From an uncultured Chloroflexia bacterium (GTDB lineage Bacteria > Chloroflexota > Ktedonobacteria > Ktedonobacterales > JADMIN01), in the NCBI GenBank assembly GCA_963718915.1, contig CAVRAI010000013.1, positions 360,001 to 392,000 on the forward strand: 32,000 nt of DNA, in the 5' to 3' direction. The notes under the pieces are model-generated. The model saw nothing but the letters and a program-made list of their open reading frames with translations, did no database searches and was not told where the DNA came from. This document shows, one piece after another, positions 18,148 through 24,315 of this stretch (positions are counted from its first letter, which is position 1; every line of letters starts with the position of its first letter). The translations under genes were made by a program, and so were the position numbers.

Positions 18148-19512
18148 CTACCGCAGCGGAATCATGTTAGGCGATGGCTGTGCAATTGCCGGGCGCGGTG
18201 TCGCGGCCTTTCGCTGGGTGGGATGCCTGCTGGGGCGCTGGGAAAGGCGTTCGAGTCGCAGCCAGGCTGCTCGCGCCAGACTGAAAGCCTCGACGTCCTC
18301 GAGCATCGCGATGGCATTGCGATAATGCTGCTCGGCAGCCTCCAGCTTCTTTCTGGTTGGCCGTGTGAGATGCTGAAAGGCTAACTCGTCGCCCCAGGCA
18401 ATTTCAACCTGGCCAAGCAACAAGATATCCGCGCGCGCGGTTCCGATGGCCTCTGCTTCCTCGATCCTTGGGATTCTGCCATCTGCCTCATTGTTCAGGG
18501 CGAGCCACTTTGCCGCGGCGAGCAGTATCATGGCATAGGCCGGTCGATCTTCTTTTCCCTGATCTTTGCCAACCTGCCACCAGTGCTTTGCCTCCGCGAG
18601 AGCGCTGGAGGCGGCGGCCATCAGCCTGGCCCGCGAGTAGTCACCGACCTCGCCTTCTTCTACACACGCCAGCATGATCCGGCCGATGAAACACTGGAAG
18701 CGCGCTCGGTTCTGAATGGTAAAGAGAACGTCTCCTTTCTTTCTGGTCTCGCGGGCCATCCTGAAAGCGAGCCGGTATTGTCCCGCGGAAAAGTAGAGAA
18801 CTGCCCAATCCCAGTCAAGAAAGAGATCGTCGTTGGCATATTGGTTCGGATCCCCATCTGCGCGCTCCTGCAGTTCATGGAGCATCCAGGCGGCATACTC
18901 CAGCCCACGAACCGCCTCCGCATCCTCGGCGACCAGCTGTCCACGCACGCCAAGCGCATCGCCAAGACTGAAGCCGAAGACCATGTCGTTTGTCACTTCA
19001 CGACGGGGCAGGGCCATCCAGGCATCAAGGGCCGCTTTTGCCGACTCAAACGCCCTGCGATAGCGCTTGCGCGTTGGATGAGAGCCGTAGCAAGCTCTGC
19101 TCTCAAACGCTGTGAGCTGTGCGACGAGCGCACCATCCGCTATGTCACTGGCGATCTCCGCCGCTCGGCGATAGTGGTCCGCCGCCTGGCCGAGAGGATC
19201 ATCCTCACGCTCAGCCTCGGGCACGCCGCGTTTATCGAGATCGCGGTCCAGCTCAAGGTAGTACTCGGCGATGAGGTATTCGGTGCGGATGCGCTGGTAG
19301 GGCGCCATCGGAAGATGCTTGTTCCGCATGAGCAGTTGATAGACCTTGCCGAGCTTGCGCCGTTTCTTGCTCTTGTGGGCATATGCTGCATCGAGGATGG
19401 GCTGATAAACCGGTTCGACTGATGGCTCATCCGCGCACGAGGCGAAGCTCAGGCGATCTCTTCGATCCACAAGGACCTTGTAACTCACGGAATAGTTCTG
19501 ATCTTCGCTCAA
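18148..19512 (-). CDS. hypothetical all-helical (TPR-like?) protein, paralog A
   Basis: 454-aa ORF with a TTG start at 19512, homologous in position to the start of paralog B. Strong GC3 bias. It is about 70% identical to the adjacent ORF. I recognise no catalytic or DNA-binding motif. Confidence 0.75.
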   Translation of the reverse strand: MSEDQNYSVSYKVLVDRRDRLSFASCADEPSVEPVYQPILDAAYAHKSKKRRKLGKVYQLLMRNKHLPMAPYQRIRTEYLIAEYYLELDRDLDKRGVPEAEREDDPLGQAADHYRRAAEIASDIADGALVAQLTAFESRACYGSHPTRKRYRRAFESAKAALDAWMALPRREVTNDMVFGFSLGDALGVRGQLVAEDAEAVRGLEYAAWMLHELQERADGDPNQYANDDLFLDWDWAVLYFSAGQYRLAFRMARETRKKGDVLFTIQNRARFQCFIGRIMLACVEEGEVGDYSRARLMAAASSALAEAKHWWQVGKDQGKEDRPAYAMILLAAAKWLALNNEADGRIPRIEEAEAIGTARADILLLGQVEIAWGDELAFQHLTRPTRKKLEAAEQHYRNAIAMLEDVEAFSLARAAWLRLERLSQRPSRHPTQRKAATPRPAIAQPSPNMIPLR

Positions 19513-19721
19513 GGGTGAGACCTTTCGCAGTCAGATAGTGTCGGACATATTTCAGGCAAGTATACACAACTATCCCGCTATGACAAGCAGAAAAGCCTCA
19601 TTCCAGCAAAATGCCCAAATCCGCTGCTACGACGATAGTCGCGCAGGAACTGGAACAATCGCTGGAACGATGCCACGGCAGTCAACCAGGCGGCGAGATG
19701 CAGTCGGCTATGATGTCTCGC

Positions 19722-21023
19722 TTAGTTGTATTGTGTCTTTTCCTCGGGCGGTGGGGCATCAGGCTTCTTTGGCGGCTGAGGGGGGGCTGGAGGATTCAGA
19801 AGGCGCTCAAGCCGCCAGTGAGCTATTCGCGCCAAGCTCAGCGCTTCGACTTCCGTCAACATCTCCTCGGCCCGTTGGTAATGAGCTATGGCAGTAGCCA
19901 ATTTCTTCTTGGTTGGCCTGGAGCCATATTGAAAGGCCCATTCATCGCCCCACGCGATTTCTACCTGGCCAAGCAGCAAGATATCATTGCGCGCGGTCGC
20001 GATGGCCTCTGCTTCCTCGATTTTCGCGGTTCGACCATCCCTCTTATTGCTCAAGCCCATCCATTTCGCCTCAGCCAGCAAGATCATAGCATAGCCCGCT
20101 CGATCCTCTTCACCGGCATCTTTGCATACCTGCGCCCAGTGGTACGCTTCATCAATTGCCCGTTCTCCAGCGGCCATCAATCTGACACGCGAGTAGTCTC
20201 CTACCTGACCTTCTTCCGCGCACGCCAACACTATGTTAGCTACCAAACACTGGAAACGCGCTCTGTCTTTGGGGTCGAAGAGATCGCGTCCTTTCTTTCG
20301 GGTCTCGCGGGCACTCTTGAATGCTTGCCTGAAATAGCCCATCGTAAAGTAGAGAACAGCCCAATCCCAGTCAAGAAAGAGATCGTCGTTCGCATATTGC
20401 TTAGGATCAAGATCGGGACGCCCCTGAAGCTCGTAGAGCATATGGGCGGCATGATCTAAACCACGAACCGCCTCCGCATCCTCGGCGACCATTTGACCGC
20501 GTACGCCGAGTGCGTCTCCAAGTTTAAATGAATAGGTCATATCGTCGGTTAGATTTCGGGAACGTAGTTTGAGCCAGGTATCTAAAGCCATCTTTGCCGA
20601 TGCAAATGCCCTGCGAAGTCGTTTGCGTGTAGGATGTGAGAAGAAGCATGCGTCGCTCTCGAGTGCTGTGAGTTGTGCGACGAGAACCCCATCCGAGATG
20701 CTGCGCGCAATGTCCGCGGCTTGACGATAGTGATCCGCCGCCTGGCCGAGGGGATCATCGGCGCGCTCATAGTCAGGTATACCGCGCTTATCGAGTTCAA
20801 GTTCCCGCTCTCGATAATATTCGCCAAAAAGGTATTCGGTGCGAATGCGCTGATACGGAAACATTGGAAGGCGCTGATTGCGCAGCAGCAGTTCGTAGAC
20901 TTTGCCGAGTTTGCGCCACTTCTTGTTTTTATGGGCGTACGCTTCATTCAGAATGCGCTGATATGCGGGGTCAGATAGTTCGTCCTCGCATGAAGGATAT
21001 TTGAGCCGATCTCTTCGATCCAT
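19722..21023 (-). CDS. hypothetical all-helical (TPR-like?) protein, paralog B
   Basis: Open from 21047. The ATG at 21023 (MDRRDRL) is preceded by GAAGGGG plus 6 nt and aligns with the RBS and start region of paralog A. Shared blocks: DDPLGQAADHYR, VAEDAEAVRGL, ANDDLFLDWDWAVLYF, ILLLGQVEIAWGDE. Confidence 0.75.
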   Translation of the reverse strand: MDRRDRLKYPSCEDELSDPAYQRILNEAYAHKNKKWRKLGKVYELLLRNQRLPMFPYQRIRTEYLFGEYYRERELELDKRGIPDYERADDPLGQAADHYRQAADIARSISDGVLVAQLTALESDACFFSHPTRKRLRRAFASAKMALDTWLKLRSRNLTDDMTYSFKLGDALGVRGQMVAEDAEAVRGLDHAAHMLYELQGRPDLDPKQYANDDLFLDWDWAVLYFTMGYFRQAFKSARETRKKGRDLFDPKDRARFQCLVANIVLACAEEGQVGDYSRVRLMAAGERAIDEAYHWAQVCKDAGEEDRAGYAMILLAEAKWMGLSNKRDGRTAKIEEAEAIATARNDILLLGQVEIAWGDEWAFQYGSRPTKKKLATAIAHYQRAEEMLTEVEALSLARIAHWRLERLLNPPAPPQPPKKPDAPPPEEKTQYN

Positions 21024-21139
21024 ATGTGACCCCTTCGCCTGCTGCATTACGCGGACATCGCTTCTGAATACTATCTTTTAGCGTCTGGCGATGAGTGTTT
21101 CATACCAGTTTCGTGTGGATTGTTGTCCTTCGGGGGCAG

Positions 21140-21186
21140 GCCGTAGCGTAAACGCCACGGCGAATTTCTCCGCCCATGCGCCGTGG
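21140..21186. repeat. dispersed hairpin element, copy 1
   Basis: GCCGTAGCGTAAACGCCACGGCGAATTTCTCCGCCCA matches 30332-30368 at 33 of 37 positions. It also contains an overlapping second stem, CCACGGCG (21155-21162) / CGCCGTGG (21179-21186). Confidence 0.6.
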
Positions 21187-21732
21187 CCTTTGGGCTTCCG
21201 GCGCGCTCGCCAACGACAACAACGTAGCCGGATTTGGTATCAGACCGCTAGATGAAGTATACACGAAGCATGCATTGAGGCGAGCTGGGAAAGGTATTCG
21301 CAATGACACAGCACCCCGACGTACTACAACAATCAGACAGATGTCGCAGCGTCGGGGTAATTGTGCGCTCAACCGGTTGCTAAAGCGAGCGGCTAGCAAT
21401 GAGAGTAGGCAGATGGACAATCCAAAACAAGCTGTCCATGCTGTGGGGAGCTGGCCGTCGAGTGGACGAGCCTCATACCTGCGAAGCCCGCGATGAGAAT
21501 GGCCGACGTGATGAACACACGGGCCAACCACTTCACGCGCGGATGAGTGTGTGATGCATTCTTCATAGCTGTTTCTTGCTCCTGCCGATGTCGAGTCGGC
21601 TCGTGCATGTGCACCAGCGGTTGTGGGGCGTACATGCCACCAGGCCGCGGGCTGGATTCGCGACGCATCCCGGCCAAGGCCGAACAGCGCGAATCGAACA
21701 TTTTCTCGTGGAAATCGCATTCAGAACGCCGG

Positions 21733-21760
21733 TTACACTTTTAGAGGTAGTTGATATAAT
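21733..21760 (+). promoter_or_regulatory. near-consensus extended -10 promoter with no adjacent gene
   Basis: TTACAC (21733-21738), a 16-nt spacer, then TGaTATAAT (21752-21760). The next plus-strand CDS starts about 690 nt downstream. Confidence 0.4.
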
Positions 21761-22290
21761 CGACCTACTGGGCACAAAAAGTCCCCGGCATAAACGCACT
21801 ACGGAGCCGTCGGCCTACAGGGTTTGGAACATATCAGTGGGACACTGGGACAAGGCGTTTCCAGGAATCACGAACCCCGAGAGCACCTAAAAACGGGCAT
21901 GACGCGACAGGCGCGGAATCGAAGTAACCTCCTCGAGGTATTCCCGTCAGTAAGCCTATCAATCGTCACACAGCGTGCTGCTGAAACTTACTATACAGTC
22001 ACACGCCAGCGCTTGTCAAGTGTGAGTAGTGGAATTTTTACATTTCCATTTACTTCACTATTATAGTATATGGTTTGTTGGCCATTTCAAGGCGGTTATT
22101 GGCATAAAATGACCACTGTGATAGTCTATCATAATTGATAATTCTTCTGGCGTGGCGCTACTAGATCACAGGTCAGGCTTCTTCCTGAAGGCGCGGTAGC
22201 TACAAACGATCCTTTGCCATCGAACTATTGCCCCACCACATTTGTAGGCGCATGTGGCGACTTGATGTCGCTGCCCAGGAGCTATCCTGT

Positions 22291-22344
22291 CCTCACAGGT
22301 GACCGTGGCGCTATCGCACTGTGAGTGATCTGTTACCTCACAGG
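22291..22344 (+). promoter_or_regulatory. triple CTCACAG/CTGTGAG motif (alternative hairpins or protein-binding sites) in the nirK leader
   Basis: CCTCACAGG at 22291-22299, CTGTGAG at 22319-22325 (inverted), and CCTCACAGG at 22336-22344. The third copy overlaps an AGGAG that precedes an 11-codon mini-ORF (22351-22386). Confidence 0.4.
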
Positions 22345-22395
22345 AGCCGAATGTTATTCGCTTGTGAGCGCGAACCCCAATGCTAGGAGCAATGA

Positions 22396-22413
22396 GCGCG
22401 AAGCGCTTCGCGC
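22396..22413. promoter_or_regulatory. perfect 18-bp GC-rich palindrome immediately upstream of nirK
   Basis: GCGCGAAGCGCTTCGCGC is perfectly self-complementary, followed by GCGGGCGTTATTTCG. It lies 38-55 nt before the nirK start. Confidence 0.4.
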
Positions 22414-22450
22414 GCGGGCGTTATTTCGAGCATATTCGAGATGAGAAAGC

Positions 22451-23761
22451 GTGGTCATTATGCGTAAGAGCGTAGACGTTCCGAAGACACCGACCTCCAC
22501 AAATCCAGCAACTCCACCTGCTCCAGAGTCAATGGGCGAGGAATCGGTGGCTTCCTCGCCAGAGCCAGCCGCCGCAGAGGCAGCGGCAACTTCTGAGCCA
22601 ACGCTTGCTGCGCCTGAAGCGCCAACAGTGGCGACCATTAACGCGCCCGCAACCGCAAAGGCCGCCGCTCCAGCAGGCGTCTACTTCACATCCGCAGCCG
22701 CACAGCCACACGCCTCCAGCAAATTCTGGCGCGGCTCCCCCGCCGAGATCGTCTTCGCGACCTTCACCGGCTTTGCATTGATTCTGGCGTTCATATTCTC
22801 CGTCACAGGCATCCCTGGGGCAGGCGCCAGAAACGCTGGGAATGGCTCGTCGAGCAATGGATCCTCCAGCAACACAGGAACCTCCACGGGAAACAACTCT
22901 CAGCCAGCCATCACCGTGCCAGATCACAAGACGTATGACGCCTCAGCGCCAGCAGCTCCCCAGGGCAATACCGTGGACGTGAAGCTCGTCGCGCAGGAGA
23001 CCCTTATCAGCATCGGCCCCGGCGTGGCGTATAAAGCCTGGACCTTCGATGGCACGGTTCCCGGACCAATCATCCGCGTGCGCCAGGGCCAGACGGTCAA
23101 CTTTACCCTCGTCAATAACACCGGGATGACCCACTCGATTGACTTCCACGCCGCCGAGACACCCTGGAATGTGAATTATCAGGGCGTCAAAGCAGGGCAG
23201 AGCTTCAGCTTCAGCTGGAAGGCAACCTTTCCTGGCATCTTCATGTATCACTGCGGCACCCCGCCCGTGCTCGAGCACCTCGCCAATGGTATGTATGGCG
23301 CGATCATCGTGGATCCCGCTAGCGGCTGGTCGCCCGCCAAGGAGTATGTGCTCGTCCAAAGTGAGTTTTACACGCGCAAGCTCTCCGATGGCAGCTACGC
23401 CTATGACAACGCCAAAGCGATGGCGATGCAGCCCGACTATGTGACCTTCAACGGCTACACCAACCAGTACAAGGATGCCCCGCTCACCGCGCAATTGGGC
23501 CAGCGCGTGCGGCTCTTCGTCCTCAACGCCGGGCCGTCGGAGTTCTCCGCCTTCCATGTCATCGGCGCGATGTTCACGAATACTTATGTGGACGGCAATC
23601 CGGCGAACCACATGGTCGGCAATCAGACGGTCACAATCCCACCCGGCGGTGGGGCGGTGGTGGAGCTAACGATTCCAGAGGCAGGACTGTATCCGTTCGT
23701 GACACACTCGTTCGCCAACGCCAGTGCTGGCGCGCTCGGTGTGATCGAAATCCAGAAATAG
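22451..23761 (+). CDS. nirK: copper-containing nitrite reductase (NirK-type two-domain cupredoxin), membrane-anchored
   Basis: The T1/T2 Cu ligand pattern is present: MTHSIDFHAAE (H-x2-D-x-H), MYHCGTPPVLEHLANGMYG (H-C...H-x4-M), FHVIG, and VTHSFANA. About 95 aa of Ala/Pro-rich sequence, a TM helix (IVFATFTGFALILAFIFSVTGI) and a GSSSN linker precede the domains. The start is ambiguous (GTG at 22451 or ATG at 22460). Confidence 0.8.
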   Translation: MVIMRKSVDVPKTPTSTNPATPPAPESMGEESVASSPEPAAAEAAATSEPTLAAPEAPTVATINAPATAKAAAPAGVYFTSAAAQPHASSKFWRGSPAEIVFATFTGFALILAFIFSVTGIPGAGARNAGNGSSSNGSSSNTGTSTGNNSQPAITVPDHKTYDASAPAAPQGNTVDVKLVAQETLISIGPGVAYKAWTFDGTVPGPIIRVRQGQTVNFTLVNNTGMTHSIDFHAAETPWNVNYQGVKAGQSFSFSWKATFPGIFMYHCGTPPVLEHLANGMYGAIIVDPASGWSPAKEYVLVQSEFYTRKLSDGSYAYDNAKAMAMQPDYVTFNGYTNQYKDAPLTAQLGQRVRLFVLNAGPSEFSAFHVIGAMFTNTYVDGNPANHMVGNQTVTIPPGGGAVVELTIPEAGLYPFVTHSFANASAGALGVIEIQK

Positions 23762-23775
23762 TAGCGTTTAGCGCG

Positions 23776-24165
23776 TCACTCGGCGACCTTCGCTCCCAGC
23801 GGGCAGGAGGTCGCCCGCGCGCAGGCGACAAGGGTAGCGCGGACATGCTGTACCTGTGACCGTGTCGCAATGTCTCCTGGTTGGGGAAGCAGTTCGTCGA
23901 GGGCGGTGTCGAGATCAGCTATGGGAATGGTGGACTCGCGCGACGCGGTACAGATACGCGAACAAATCAGCCTGTGGAGCGACGACCACGCTTCGAGGCG
24001 CGCCAGCAACTCTGGACGTGGCTGGCTCTCGCCTTCCTGATAGAGCACATGCTGCCGCACGGCAACCTCGGCGATTTCCTCCATCGCCTGTTGCAGCGGA
24101 CACCCCATCGTTGGCGCCGCTGGCAGTATCCCGCGCCGTGTGATATCCCTGGGACTGGTCTTCAT
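23776..24165 (-). CDS. hypothetical Cys-rich protein
   Basis: 129-aa ORF with GC3 of about 75% by hand count. It has five Cys, including LICSRIC. It lies 150 nt downstream of the large kinase on the same strand and is convergent with nirK. I recognise no family. Confidence 0.45.
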   Translation of the reverse strand: MKTSPRDITRRGILPAAPTMGCPLQQAMEEIAEVAVRQHVLYQEGESQPRPELLARLEAWSSLHRLICSRICTASRESTIPIADLDTALDELLPQPGDIATRSQVQHVRATLVACARATSCPLGAKVAE

Positions 24166-24315
24166 GGTCGTGCCCTGCTCGCTTGTAGGTGTGCTCTGAT
24201 TGATGCTCCTGACAAAAATCTTGATGTCGAAATCTCACATCATCGTCACACTATGATGAAGCCATCTCACAGACCAGACGCAACATGCCGCACCTCGATG
24301 CTGGAGGATGCACTA

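Noticed and set aside
21393-21566. 57-codon candidate small membrane protein (MKNASHTHPRVKWLARVFITSAILIAGFAGMRL...).
   Set aside because: It has one plausible TM helix and an AGGAG about 12 nt upstream, but the spacing is long and I have no conservation evidence. This is too weak to call as a feature. It is kept as something to test by ribosome profiling.
21100-21720. 206-aa minus-strand ORF, the longest ORF in the gap upstream of paralog B.
   Set aside because: It is Arg/Cys/Ser-rich with no hydrophobic core pattern. It overlaps other equally long ORFs in other frames. Part of its reading frame is the repeated hairpin element (the GGEIRR translation also appears in the spurious ORF 30172..30384). 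It is most likely non-coding.
21775-21800. AAAAAGTCCCCGGC (and AAAAGTCCCCC at 6738-6749) resemble the RNase P RNA GAGGAAAGUCCGGGC motif.
   Set aside because: No other RNase P conserved regions follow. The 6741 copy is clearly one arm of a terminator hairpin.
22119-22131. TGATAGTCTATCA (5-3-5 palindrome), plus the TGTGA/TCACA motifs, considered as an FNR/DNR/NnrR or CRP box upstream of nirK.
   Set aside because: The spacing does not fit TTGAT-N4-ATCAA or TGTGA-N6-TCACA. The site is also about 330 nt upstream of the start codon. It could still bind some regulator, but I cannot support a named one.
22161-22200. CACAGGTCAGGCTTCTTCCTGAAGG resembles the CAGGUCAGG segment of SRP (4.5S) RNA.
   Set aside because: There is no GGAA/GNRA tetraloop, no conserved symmetric-loop sequence (AGCAGCC), and no flanking helix 5 pairing. 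The similarity is limited to about 8 nt.
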